Below, piece after piece: positions 12,591 through 25,036 of a stretch of DNA of 64,000 bases (the stretch's first letter is position 1; each line of letters starts with the position of its first letter). This DNA comes from Hypanus sabinus (Eukaryota): assembly GCF_030144855.1 (NCBI RefSeq), contig NC_082716.1:44950001-45014000 (forward strand). The letters are read 5' to 3'. The position numbers and the translations under genes are program-made. The notes below the pieces were generated by a model. The model saw only the letters and a list, made by a program, of their open reading frames with translations. It was not told the origin of the DNA and did no database searches.

Positions 12591-13678
12591 GTGCCTTAAT
12601 GAACACAAACTGGGTTATCAATTGAGACATACACAAATTTCGTTAAACCAGGAGTAAAATAAACATCTTTCCTCATGCACATTCTTCATACCTAACTTTG
12701 GGGTCTTAAGTTCAGCAGATGTGGAAATTGTTTAAGTTGAATGTTTGAAAAGCTAATGTGTCCAAGATAGCAAATCCTTTTAATAAAATATATGATATAG
12801 TGATTAATACAGCTCAAAGATCTTACTGAAAAATATATTGTAAATGTTTTGTGCTTCTTTATTAGTACATTAGTGATCTGTTGTATTTGATATGGATTAT
12901 TTTTGAAGTGGCAGCTGATGTGCTTTTTTTTAAATGTTTCTCCTCTTAGCATTGGAACAGGATTTGTAGCAGACTAATTAATAGATTGCTATGATTAGGA
13001 AGCAGCTCTTACTACAGTACATTTGTTCTCCATCTGCCATTTTTCTGCCCAAATTTCTGACTGATCTCTGTATAATATCCAAGTATGAACAGATAGTTCT
13101 TTCTGCTCTGTCCTTTGATAACCTTCCTCAGTATCCACAACTCAACCTATTTTTATGTTGTTTGCAATCTTACTAATTAGACCACCTACATTTTCATCCA
13201 GCTTATTATATCACGAACAACATTTCTCAGTACTAGTCCTTGTGGGTGATGGGAGGTTCACAAACCTACAGTCAGAAAAACACCCCAGCCACCATTTTCC
13301 TGGCTCCTATGAACAAATCACCTTTTGCATCCAACTTGACTGCTCACTGTGGATCCCACGTGACATATGGTAACCTTTGAATCAGCTTACTATGAGGGAA
13401 CTTGACAACGTTTTACTGATATCCATGCTGACAGCATCCATTTCCTTGCCCTTGTTAATCATCTGTCTCAAAAAATCTCAAATTTAAGGGATGTGGGGAG
13501 GGGGTCTCCCCTGCACAAAGCCATGTGACTTTCCTTAACGTTCATTTGAAAATATACATTTATAAATATACAAGTTTTTTTATAGGAAGATAAAAGTTGT
13601 TGTTATATTGATTTTTCTCACTGGTTCTTTAAAAACCTGCCTTAAATTGGTCACTGTTGTTTTTCTCCCCATCTATAG

Positions 13679-13782
13679 ACTGTTCTGAGGTCTCTGCACT
13701 TACCTAAGAATAATAGCCTTTATGTTCTCACACCTGACATAGCTCAACCAGGATTAGATGGACCAGCAGCAAGTCAGTCAAG
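13679..13782 (+). CDS. FAF1: FAF1 coding exon (equivalent to human exon 6)
   Basis: Pyrimidine tract plus tatAG acceptor, AG|GTAAAC donor. 104 nt encoding TVLRSLHLPKNNSLYVLTPDIAQPGLDGPAASQS(S); matches 'TVLKSLHLPKNNSLYVLTPD'. Phase 0 to 2, compatible with the next exon. Confidence 0.95.
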
Positions 13783-13922
13783 GTAAACTGTTGTATAATT
13801 TTTATTTTGTGTTAATTAGAGCTTTGAACTGTTACCATTCATGGTGCTCCTTGATCTCGTTTACTGTATTTGATGCTCAAAGAATAAGCAGTCATACAAT
13901 AACAAAGTATAAATATGACTTG

Positions 13923-14520
13923 TGTAACCCTTATGCTTGGCCAGCAAGTCTTTCTCTAAGGGAAGATTACTTTCGGCCCCATCAAACTGAGAAATCTCAT
14001 TCATGTGGATGATGCATGAAGTGTTGCCCGGTTACAAATCTGCACTCCAAAATATTAGACAGTACACCATATGCAATTAATTGATTGAACTTTATAAATT
14101 TTAATCTGAATATAGGGTTAGTAAAGAAAATAAAAAGGAAAAGGCCCTATTTTAAGAGGAAAGTCAAAAGTGCATATTGGAGCTCACAATGTGGCCATTC
14201 ATCAACCATCGACTTCCTCCGAGCATCACCGACCTTCAGACCCTCGCTCCTGGTCCACTCCGTCCAGTGGTCTCCCAGCTCTCTCTCTGAACACATGTCT
14301 TCCTTCTTTCGCCGACCAAACAACCCTGAAAATCTCACTTCTAGACTCACAAGAAACAACAACATTACTATCGTTGGATGCCCCCCCCCACCCCACATTC
14401 CAGGCCCTGTTATCTCCAGTCATAGCCCAAACATTGCTGTTATAGAGAAACCATTACATTAGCAGTGAAACGTTACAGAGAGGCTATTATATTAGCAGTG
14501 AAACCTTACAGTACATTACA
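13923..14520. mobile_element. Candidate solo LTR (Gypsy-like)
   Basis: About 600 bp bounded by TGTAAC...ATTACA; flanking 4-mers cttg/ctag (3 of 4 match); CpG-richer than flanks; internal short duplication attagcagtgaaac.ttacag. Confidence 0.5.
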
Positions 14521-14809
14521 CTAGTATATCCAAATTTTCTGTGATACAGATAGATCAGTCTTGATATAATTGCCTACTAATTTTGCTAACTGTCTGCAAG
14601 CTTAGAAAATTGGGGCTTGGATGTTGAAATTCCTTGTGTGTTTTTCTGCACACATTTCTTGTTGCAATGTTTTTAGGCAGCCATGGAAAACCTGAAAAAA
14701 GTAAACTATTGCAATTTATGCTATATTTCCAGGATTTTCATAGGCCTTTCAGTAAACTGGTCAGTTAGTGAGGGAAGCCATGCGGAAATTCTGTCCCTTT
14801 GAATTTAAT

Positions 14810-15335
14810 TGAATCGAATTACCTTTATTACTTGCATCCTTCATATACATCAGGAATAAAAAATGTTACATCTCTGTCTAAAGGTGCAATTTGTAGTAAT
14901 TTATAAGTAGTATGTACAACAGAACGGTCAATATAACAGAGAAATACAATTGTAAAGCATGAATTAATCAGTCTGATAGCCTGGTGGAAGAAGCTGTCCC
15001 AGAGCCTGTTGGTCCTGGCTTTTATGTTGCAGTACCGTTTCCCGATGGTAGCAGCTGAAACAGTTTGTGTTTGGGGTGTCTCAGGTCCCCAATGATCCTC
15101 GGACTCTTTTTAAATACCTGTCTTTGAAAATGTATTGAATAGTGGTAAGTTCACATCTCAGATGCACTGGGCTGTTCACAAGAGTCCTGTGATTGAGAGA
15201 AGTACAGTTCCTATACCAGGCAGTGATGCAGCCAGTCAGGATGCTCTCAATTGTGCCCTTGTAGAAAGTAATTAGGATTTGGGGGCCCATACCAAACTTC
15301 TCCAAGTGTCTGAGGTGAAAGAGGCGCTGAGGTGA
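14810..15335 (-). mobile_element. Rex1/Babar-like LINE 3' fragment
   Basis: ORF 15081-15389 contains QRLFHLRHLEKFGM..FYKGTIESILTGCITAWY, the C-terminal DUF1891-type motif. Confidence 0.8.
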
Positions 15336-15508
15336 AAGGGTAGTCTGCAGCAATTTATCTAAAATTATTTTAAAATTAGCAGTGTGCATGTTAGCTTTTT
15401 AAGATGATCATCAGTTTTATAGTGCTCTTTGTAAAAGAAAAAATATGGATTACTTGAACTCCAAAGGAATTCACTTGAGGGAAACACTTTCTTTTCCAGA
15501 TGCTTATA

Positions 15509-16856
15509 CAGGTTTCCCCTGCTATTCGAAGGTAGAGTGTTCCTATGAATTGGTTCATAAGCTGGAATGTTGTAAAGTGAAGAAGCAATTACCATTTATT
15601 TATATGGGAAAAATTTGTGAGCGTTTGCAGACCCAAAAAATAACCTACCAAATTATGCCAAATAACACATAAAACCTAAAATAACAGTAACATATAGTAA
15701 AAGCAGGAATGATCTGATAAATACACAGCCTATATAATGTAGGAATACTTTTCTGCAATTATTGCAGCGCTGTCTACTGCAGTGAAAATCTCACACAAGC
15801 GCTCTCGACAGCACTCGCGGGAAAAACATGGCGCAAATGCACTTGGCAGAAACACGCAGTGCAAGTGCTCTCAGCAGAAGCACTCCTTCCAGTAACCTTT
15901 AAGCTATGAAGCAGTCAAGTAACACATAAAAATACACAGCATATATAAAGTAGAAATTATGTATGTGCAGTGTAGTTTCACTTACCGGAATCGGGAAGAC
16001 AGTGAGCACACTGATGATGGTGTGTTAGTCTGAGTCGTCGGTGGTGGGAGGTAGAGGAGACTGGGGTGTCATCTCATCGTCGTCTGTTTCCATCAGGGCT
16101 GGCAGGTCACCTTCTATGTCTGCCTGCCTCGATGTCGAAGGTTGAGTTTCGTCGTCTGCTGTGGCTGATGTGGAAGGCTTGAAAAATGACAGTATGCTTG
16201 ACTGCTTAGCCTCGCGCATTTTTCTATCATACCTTTTTTTGTAACCACTCAAACCATCCTGCAAATATGCCCTAAACTTACATACCCTTTCAAAATTACA
16301 GTCATACTTTTCTGCAATCATTGCAGCGTTGTCAATCACAGTGAAAATTTCACACAATTGCTTCACGTTCAGTTCACTTTTGGGCCATTCGCTACTGCGT
16401 TTGGCTTCAATTGTTATCCCTTCCTCTTCATCAGCTCTTCATCTCTCAGTTCTTGGCCAAAACTTCTTCAACGTCATCTTCATCAACTTCCACAAACCCT
16501 TAGCCAAACTCACTATATCTTTACTTTGTTCATCACAATCGAAACGCTTCATTATGTCTAGTTTTACGCTAAGTGTAACACCCTTGCGTGCTCTTTTAGA
16601 CTTTTCCGATACCTTAGAACTCACCTTGCTAACAGATGCACAAAATAAATCGACAGAAAGCACAGGTCCTCACAGGCACATGCTTAAGCAATGCTGGCTT
16701 GAATGCAGTTCTGGGGGAGGAACTTGGCTGCTGGGCGCGCGTGCTGCCTTTTCTCGTAATAGTGAAAACACCTTCTGTTAGCGAAAACAGGTAACTAATG
16801 TAGGTCTTTCGTAACAGCGAGGTGTCTTAGAACATTCGAAAAACGGGGGATACCTG
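15509..16856 (-). mobile_element. Tigger/pogo DNA transposon, internally deleted
   Basis: TA at both ends (15507-15508, 16857-16858). TIRs CAGGTTTCCCCTGCTATTCGAA and the reverse complement CAGGTATCCCCCGTTTTTCGAA. Minus ORFs: KRARKGVTLSVKLDIMKRF (CENP-B-type HTH start) and the C-terminal ...AKQSSILSFFKP. Confidence 0.88.
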
Positions 16857-16929
16857 TAAATATATGATAAGTTAATGTTCAATTTATCTATTCACATTTA
16901 AATTTCTAGTAATTGTTTCTGCTTTTTGG

Positions 16930-17488
16930 TGTGCTAAGCGATAGCAAAGACACAGACCAAAGTTACCCCAAAGGCTTTGCATTTCATCCGACATTCGACA
17001 ACCCCCAGGTTCTCTCTGTCCTTGGCAAGGGAGCTATCCCCCATTTTCACAGCAAGTGTGAAACATAACAACAACTTGCTGGTTTACGATGTTAAAAGTC
17101 CGTTTTGTCGCTTTTTTCAAGCTTTGTGTCTGAAGATCGCAAAGATCTTGGGCCTTCGGGCCCACAGCAAAAGATTTTCCAGCCACCCTGATGACACACG
17201 AGTCTCCTGGCATGACACCGACCCTCAATCCGCCCGTCTCCAGTGCCCTGAGATCTTAGGGTTGCGAACATGATTGAGATACTCAGGCCAAATCCTTGGC
17301 ACGTTGAATAATGGCCAGTTGTGGAATCCTGAGAACACATCCCATTCCTGCAAAGAACTGAAGTCTACATGTAACTTCAGGTCAGAGTCTTCAAAAGAAC
17401 CTTGAAAGGGAAAAAAGATAAAGATATTAAAGGAAGAAACAGAGCTGTTTCCAAGATGCAAGCAAAGGAGTCGCCGTTGGTGCCATCA
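16930..17488 (-). mobile_element. Unclassified non-coding interspersed element
   Basis: CpG-rich block starting GATGGCACCAACGGCGACTCC on the minus strand; internal repeated gatct..gg motifs; no credible ORF. Confidence 0.4.
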
Positions 17489-20193
17489 ACCCTTCTAAGA
17501 AAAAAGATAAATAAATCAATTGCATTAAATAAGTGTGTGTATATTAAATAATTAAATTAAAAATAGTGCAAAAACAGAAATAATAAAAGTGAGGTAGCAT
17601 TCAGGGGTTCAATGTCCATTTAGGAATTGTGTGGCAGAAGGGAAGAATCTGTTCCTGATTATGGATGTCGTCTTTCTGAGGCACAACTCCTTGAAGTTGT
17701 CTTGGATACTACAGAGGCTAAAAGATGGAGCTGGCTAATTTTACAATGTTCTGTAACTTTTAGTCCTGTGCAGTGGCCTCCCTCTTCTCCCCCCCCACCC
17801 CCATCCCTCCCCCATACCGGACAGTGATGCAGCCTGTCAGAATGCTTTACATGATACATTCATGTAAGTTTTAAAATGTTTCAGTTGACAAAACAAATCT
17901 CTTCAAGCTCTGAATGAAATATAGCCGCTGACTAGTCTTCTTTATAGCTGCATTGATAATGTTGAGGCCAGGTTAGATCCTCAGAGATCTTGACACCCAG
18001 GAACTCGAAACCGCTCACTCTCTGCACTTCTGATCTCTCCATAGGGATTGGTTTGTGTTCCCTCATCCTACCTTTCATGAAGTCCACAGTCAGCTCTTTT
18101 GGCTTACTGACATTAAGTGCAAGGTTGTTGCTACAACACTACTAATCTAGCTGGTATATCGCGCTTTTGTATGCCCTCTCATCTCCATCTGAGATTCTAC
18201 CAGAAATGGTTGTATCACCAGCAAAATTATAGATGGCATTTGAGCTTCTCCTAGCCATGCAGTTATGGGCATAGAGGAAGTAGAACAGTGGGGTAAGCAC
18301 ACACCCCTGAGGTGTGCCAGTGTTGATTTTCAGGAGATATCATCACCATTCCACACGGATTGTGCTCTTCCAGTTAGAAAGTCAAGGATCCAATTACAGA
18401 TGGAAGTACAAAGGCCCAGGTTCTGTAGCTTATTGATCAGGACTGTGAGAATGATGGTGTTAAACACTGAGCTGTAGTCAATGAACAGCACCTTGGCATT
18501 GATGTTTGTTTTGTCTAGGTGGTCCAAGGCCATGTGAAGATCCACTAAGATTGCATCTGCCGTAGACTTTATTGTGACAATAGACAAATTGCAGTGGGTC
18601 CAGGTCCTTGCTGAAACGAGTTGATTCAAGCCATGACCAACATCTTAAAGCTCTTCATCACCATAGATGCGAGTGCTACTGGGCAATAATCATTTAGGCT
18701 GCTCACACTAGTCTTGCATTGGTATAATTATTGCCATTTTGAAGCAGTTGGGAACTTCCAACCATAGCAGTGAGAGGTTAAAAATGTTTTTAAATACACC
18801 CGCCAGTTGGTTGGCACAATTTTTCAGAGCCTTACCAGGTATTCCGTCAGGGCCTGCTACCTTGCGAGGGTTCACTGTCCTTAACAGCAGCCTAGCATCA
18901 CCCTCCGAGACAGAGATCACAGGGTCTCCCAGTGCAGCAGGGATCTTCACAGCTGTAGTTATGTTCTCCCTTTCAGCAGGTATAGAAGGCGTTGAGTTCA
19001 TCTGGTAGTGAAGCATCGCTGCCATTCATGCTTATTGGGTTTTGCTTTGTAGGAAGTAATATCCTGCAAACCCTGCCAGAGTTGATATGCATCTGATGTC
19101 TCCTCCAACCTCACTTGGAGTTGTTTCTTCGCACTCCGCAAGTCATACATGTTTTTCTTGTCCAGACCTGGGTCACTTGACTTAAATGCCGCAGATCTAG
19201 CCCTCAGCAATTGATGAATCTCCTGGTTCATCCACTGCTTTTGGTTTGGGAATGTACAGCATATGTTTGTAGGCACACTCTCATCCACACAAGTTTAATT
19301 AAGTTGGTAACAACTGTGGCATACTCAGCCAGATTCGAAGATGAATTCCTGAATACAGTCCAGTCTACCAATTCAATGCAGTCCTGGAAGTGTTTCCATG
19401 TTTCCCTTGTTCATACCTTCTTGGTCCTCACTACTGGTGCTGCAGTCTTCAGTCTTTGCCTACACTCCAGAAGTAGAAGTATGGCCAGGTGATCAGACTT
19501 TTCCATAGTGTGGGTGTAGAGTAGCAAGCGCAGCATGCATTCTTAATGGTAGTGTAACAGTGGTCCAGTATGTTGGTTCCTCTGGTCGAATAAGTGATTT
19601 GTTGATGGTAATTATTTAGTGACTTTTTCACGCTGGCCTGATCTAAAATCCCCCAAAATGATGGTGAAGGCGTTGGGGTGTGCTGTTTCATGCATGTTGA
19701 TCCCATTGCTCAGATCAGCCAGAGCACTTAATGGCAAGATATTCAAGGTCTAGTGAGCAGTGAGCAGAATTGGAACAACGCTGATACATTTGTGCACCAC
19801 GAGGAGTGGGTCATGAGGTATACACCTCCACCTCTTTTTTTGTGAGACTCTGTAGTCCTATCCTGGTCTATCGTGACCCATCAATATGAATTGCTGCGTC
19901 TGGTATGGAAGGATTTAACCAGGATTCTGTGAAACAAAGTAATCAAATGGTTCTAATGTCCCTCTGTTACTGCACCACAGCTCTCAAGTCTTTGCTTTTA
20001 TTTACTAGACTATGTTTGCCCGCAAGATGGTCAGTACTCGAGGTTGAAAACCCTGTTTTCTTAAACGCACTCTGACCGGCAGCCACGTTTCCTATGAAGA
20101 GTCCGGCAAGAAGTACAGCCATAGTATCAAACAACACACACAAAATGCTGGTGAAACACAACAGGCCAGACAGCATCGATAGGGAGAAGCACT

Positions 20194-20227
20194 GTCGACG
20201 TTTCGGGCCGAGACCCTTCGTCAGGAC
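20194..20227 (-). ncRNA. Minimal type-I hammerhead ribozyme motif
   Basis: Minus strand reads gtc CTGACGA a GGGT ctcg GCCC GAAA cg TC gac: intact core, 4-bp stem II, palindromic ACGT in place of stem III, GUC cleavage triplet. Confidence 0.75.
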
Positions 20228-21328
20228 TAACTGAAAGGAAAGATACTGAGGGGGAAATGCAAAATGATAGTAGAAGACCAGAGGAGGTGGGATGAAGCTA
20301 AGAGCTGGAAAGGTGATTGGCACAAGGGATACAGAGCTGGAGAAGGGAAAGGATCATGGGATGGGAGGCCTAGGGAGATAGAAAGGGGGAGGGGAGCACC
20401 AGAGGGAGATGGAGAACAGGCAGAGTGATGGGCAGAGAGAGAGAAAAACTAAATATGTCAGGGTTGGGGTAAGGAGGGGAGGAGGGGCATTAACGGAAGT
20501 TAGAGAAGTCAATGTTCTCTGCAGAAACCCTTCCCCCCCCCCACTTTCTGCTTTCCGCAGGGATCGCTCCCTACGCAACTCCCTTGTCCATTCGCCCCCT
20601 CCATCCCTTCCCACTGATCTCCCTCCTGGCACTTATCCTTGTAAACGGAACAAGTGCTACACCTGCCCTTACACTTCCTCCCTCACCACCATTCAGGGCC
20701 CCAGACAGTCCTTCCAGGTGAGGCAACACTTCACCTGTGAGTCGGCTGGTGTGGTATACTGCATCCGGTGCTCCCAGTGTGGCCTTTTATATATTGGTGA
20801 GACCTGACGCAGACTGGGAAACAGTTTCGCTGAACACCTACGCTCTGTCCGCCAGAAAAAGCAGGATCTCCCAGTGGCCACACATTTTAATTCCACATCC
20901 CACTCCCATTCTGATAAATCTATCCATGGCCGCCTCTACTGTCAAGATGAAGCCACACTCAGGTTGGAGGAACAACACTTTATATACCGGTTGGGTAGCC
21001 TCCAACCTGATGGCATGAACATTGACTTCTCTAACTTCTGTTAATGCCTCTCCTCCCCTTCTTACCCCATCCCTGACATATTTAGTTGTTTTTTTCTCTC
21101 TTTGCCCATCACTCTGCCTGTTCCCCATCTCCCTCTGGTGTTCCCCTCCCCCTTTCTCCCGAGGCCTCCTGTCCCATGATCCTTTCCCTTCTCCAGCTCT
21201 GTATCACTTTTGCCAATCACCTTTCCAGCTCTTAGCTTCATCTCACCCCATCCGGTCTTCTCCTATCATTTCGCATTTCCATCTCCCCCTCCTACTTTCA
21301 AATCTCTTAGCATCTTTCCTTTCAGTTA

Positions 21329-21362
21329 GTCCTGAGGAAGGGTCTCAGCCCGAAACGTCGAC
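21329..21362 (+). ncRNA. Minimal type-I hammerhead ribozyme motif
   Basis: gtc CTGAGGA a GGGT ctca GCCC GAAA cg TC gac; predicted cleavage after C21359. Confidence 0.72.
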
Positions 21363-21854
21363 AGTGCTTCTCCCTATGGATGCTGCCTGGCCTGCTGTGT
21401 TCCACCAGCATTTTGTGTGTGTTGTTTGAATTTCCAGCATCTGCAGATTTCCTCGTGTTTGCGCCATAGTATCAGCATTGTTTCCATTAGTTTTAAGTAG
21501 TGATAGCTTATTCAATTGCATTAAGGCATCTTTATTAACTGTACAGACACTGGAAGTTGTGATTCTCAGCTGTGTCTGGCTGAAACTGGAATATCTAAAT
21601 GTATCCATCGAGTTGTGCTGCACAAGATCACCATTTTCAAGGCGTCCTGGAAGTAATATTTATCATATTTATCCTAATATATTTATATATTATGTATTGA
21701 ATGCACAATGTCTATACTGTGTTCCCATTCCCATTTGTTCTAGGGCTAATATTGTATACAGAAAGCAAAAAGCAAAGTTTATCACATTTGTGAGACAGGT
21801 TGAATTGTATTCCAAAACTGAGGAGCAATATCACCTTTACTGTCTGGAGTGAGA

Positions 21855-22560
21855 TGTACCAGCTGGTTGAGTGGTGTCATAGCAACAACCTTGCACACAA
21901 CATCAGTAAGATCAAAGAGCTGATTGTGAACTTAGAAAGGGTAAAGCAAGGGACTACAAACCAATCCTCTTAGAAGGATCAGAAATGGAGAGAGTGAGCA
22001 ATTTCAAGTTCCTGGGTGTCAATATCTTGTAGGATCTAACCTGATCCCAAACTATCGAAGCAGCTATAAAGAAGGCAGGACAATGGCTATATTTCATTAG
22101 GAGTTTGAAGACATTTGGTTTGTCCATTAAATTGCACAAACTTCAACAGATATACCATGGAAAGCATTCTGACAGGTTGCATCCCTGTCTGGTAAGGCGG
22201 GGCGGGGGGGGGGGGCGGGGGCTGGCTGTTACTCAGGACCAAAACAAACTGCAGAAAGTTGTAAAATTAGCTCAATCTTGGGTACTGCCCTCTGTAGTAT
22301 CCAAGACATCTTCAAGAGTGGTGCCTCAGAAGAGTGATGTCCATTATTTAAAGACTTCCATCACCTGGGACATGCTCTCTTCCCATTGTTAGCAGCAGGG
22401 AGGAGGACCAAATCCTGAAGGCACACACTCAGCAACTCAAGAACAGCTTCTTCCTCTCTGCCATCCCATTTCTGAATGGGCATTGAATCCATGAGCACTA
22501 CTTCACTTATAAAAATTATTTCTGTTTTTGCACTAGTTTTAATTTCAATAATTAAGAACA
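21855..22560 (+). mobile_element. Rex1/Babar-like LINE 3' fragment
   Basis: LVEWCHSNNL..NISKIKELIV, NFKFLGVNI motifs, then a 3' UTR. Confidence 0.7.
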
Positions 22561-23019
22561 ATGCATTGATTATGATCAGTATGGCTTTGACTGTAGTAGA
22601 CTATTACTGATACAAATGTGGGATAAAAATAGAAAACATTGCAGGAGAGGGGTAAGGTTGTTACCATTTCTGGTTTCTAGTTTATGGTTCTTGCCTGTGT
22701 GACCAATGAAGTGCATGGGGAATATTTGATTATTTGGTGTCTCAAAATTCAGTAGGAAAACACAGCAGAGAAAAGTTCTTGAATGTCTAGAAATGTTTAC
22801 AAATTGATACCATTGAAATAGTAAACTTGATATTTTCAGTTCTTTTAAGATTTTGATATTCTAGGATCTTTATTTTATGAACTATCCCCACGGTGACATG
22901 ACATTGTATTCCATTTATGTAGTCCGATCCCCTGCCATTAGTTGCCTGCTTGTCTAACTTCCAGTGCTGCATAAGCCAAATTTTCTACAGTTTAATATGG
23001 AAAGACTGAAGATAGTGTC

Positions 23020-24165
23020 TTCATTTCTTGGCACAGACTCCATTTCTGACACCACCCCAGCTTCTTAATCTCGGTCTCCATCTCTGGAGACATCTTTTAT
23101 AAACCAACCAATTTCCATGGTTGTGTATACCTCTTCCCACAATGTCTCCTGCAAGAATGCTATTCCCTTTTCTCAGTTTCTTCATCTCTGTGGCTTTCCT
23201 TTCCAGGACATCAGAGGCATCCTCCAAAGAACAGACCCCCTATCTTCCCACCACTTTAACAGTGAGAGTTTCTTGTCCTTACCTACCACCCTGTGAGCCT
23301 CCATGTCCAATACCTTGTCCTCTACAACTTTTGCCATCTCCAAAGGGATGCCTCCTCCAAGCATATCTTTACCTCACCGAGCAACCACCCCTCACAAACA
23401 AGAAAAAATTTGCAGATGCTGGAAATCTGAGCAACACACAGAAAATGCTGGAGGAACTCAGCAGGCTGGGCAGCATCCATGGAAAAAAGTACAGTTGAAG
23501 TTTTGGGCTGAAACCCTTAGGCAGGACTCTACTTCCCTTGTGGTTCCCTTGTCCATTTGTCCCTCCCAAAGACCAAATTGTTAGGCTTGCCCATTCACCT
23601 CCTCCCTCGCCCCCATTCAGGGCCCCAAACAGTGGTTCCAGGTGAGGCAACACGACCCCAGCAGATCTGCTGGTGAAGTCTACTGTGAACGGTGTTCCCA
23701 ATGCCGCATCCTCTGTATTGGTAAAACCCATCATAAGTTGAGGTACTGCTTCATAGAGCATATCTGCTCCATTCACCAAAAGTAGAACTTCCTGGTGGCT
23801 AAACTTTTAAATTCTGATTCACATTTCCATTCAAACATGTCGGTCCATGGCCTCTACTTGTGCTAAGACAAGGACACCCTGAGGGTGGAGAAGCAACTCC
23901 CTATATAACAACTGGGTAGCCCCTACATGAATATTGATTTCTACTACCAGTTTTTAAAAAAAATCCCTTCCCTGCCCCTCTTCTATTTCCCACTCTAGCC
24001 TCTTACCTCTTCTCACCTGCCTTTTACTTTTCTCTGGGTCCCCTCCTCTTTCCCCCTTCCTTTCTAGCGCTGAAGAAAGGCCTGATCCCAAAGCATGGAC
24101 TGTTCATTAATTTCCGTAGATGTTGCCTGACCTGCTGAGTTCCTCTAGCATTTTGAGTGTGTTGC
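23020..24165 (+). mobile_element. Decayed Penelope-like element(s) with internal inverted terminus (23394-23528)
   Basis: RT C-terminal remnant (FYKPT), inverted terminal repeat, GIY-YIG remnant (ggccccaaacag..ccaggtgaggcaacac..tattggt), then a plus-strand terminus. Confidence 0.75.
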
Positions 24166-25036
24166 TCTATTACACTGGGTGTTGATTCCATTGCTTACTC
24201 AGCTACTGTTTGAGATGTTACGAGTTATGGCATCCTTTTGATCCTAAAGTGAGCTTTCAATGGAATATTCTTAGTTACAGAGATGTCAGTGTAAGTGAAG
24301 GAAATGCACTGTGGTCACAGGTGAGGATTGCCAATCATTACTTAATTAATTTCACACCTTTGCAGGGGGAAATAACTGATTAAAGGTTTAAAATATGGTA
24401 TTGAAAAATGATTTGGAAAGCAACACATTTCAGTACCATGGATGAAAAATGTGGGCTGAAGGTGGAATGACAGTTTGTAAGTATAAAGAAGTGAAGGATG
24501 ATTTTGTTTTGTGAAAGGGGTTGAAGAGACAATTCGGAAAAGACAAGCCCTGCACTTAATGCCACCAGTTATTTGGCTGTTGCTCAGTTGCTTAGTTTTT
24601 CCATTTAAATTTAGTAATTGACAATTTAGAAGGCATATTGTATTATTAGTGTATCTTTCCCTTAAACTCGTTACAAAAAATAAATATTGTGTTGAGAGTT
24701 GATACAGTAGTTTTGAGAGTTGCAATGTGGTGGAAGGAGCACAATTAATACTAAAGCCTCAACTTGCCACCAGGTGGTGTGCATGATCAAAATCAGATGG
24801 CCAATGTTTGTTACAATCATTTCTGATCATAAAGGTTTGCTGTTTGTAGTGACATTTCCTCTTGCATCAAAGAATAAGTTCTCAAGTGTGATCGACCATA
24901 TACTGATGCAATTTATAACATAGTATTTCTGAGATCTATTCACTAGGAACTGCAAGAACTGTACCTTGCAGTATTCTTCCAGATGTCTTTCAATGATGTG
25001 TTATATTCACTAAGAGTATAATGGATTGATACTATA

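Larger units (their letters stand above)
20130..21462 (+). mobile_element. Penelope-like element (GIY-YIG remnant) with inverted 5' terminal repeat and 12-bp TSD
   Basis: GCCATAGTATCA at 20118-20129 and 21463-21474. 20130-20517 is the reverse complement of about 21017-21428. ORF 20409-20807 ends CKRNKCYTC...TCESAGVVYCIRCSQCGLLYIGET* (GIY-YIG). Confidence 0.92.
17500..21620 (-). mobile_element. Rex1/Babar-like LINE, near full span, decayed; interrupted at 20130-21462
   Basis: Minus ORFs: LDHCYTTIKN, FPNQKQWMN, VNPRKVAGPDGIPG, LFIDYSSVFNTII, CNWILDFLTGR. Putative host sequence continues after the TSD at 21463. Confidence 0.8.
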
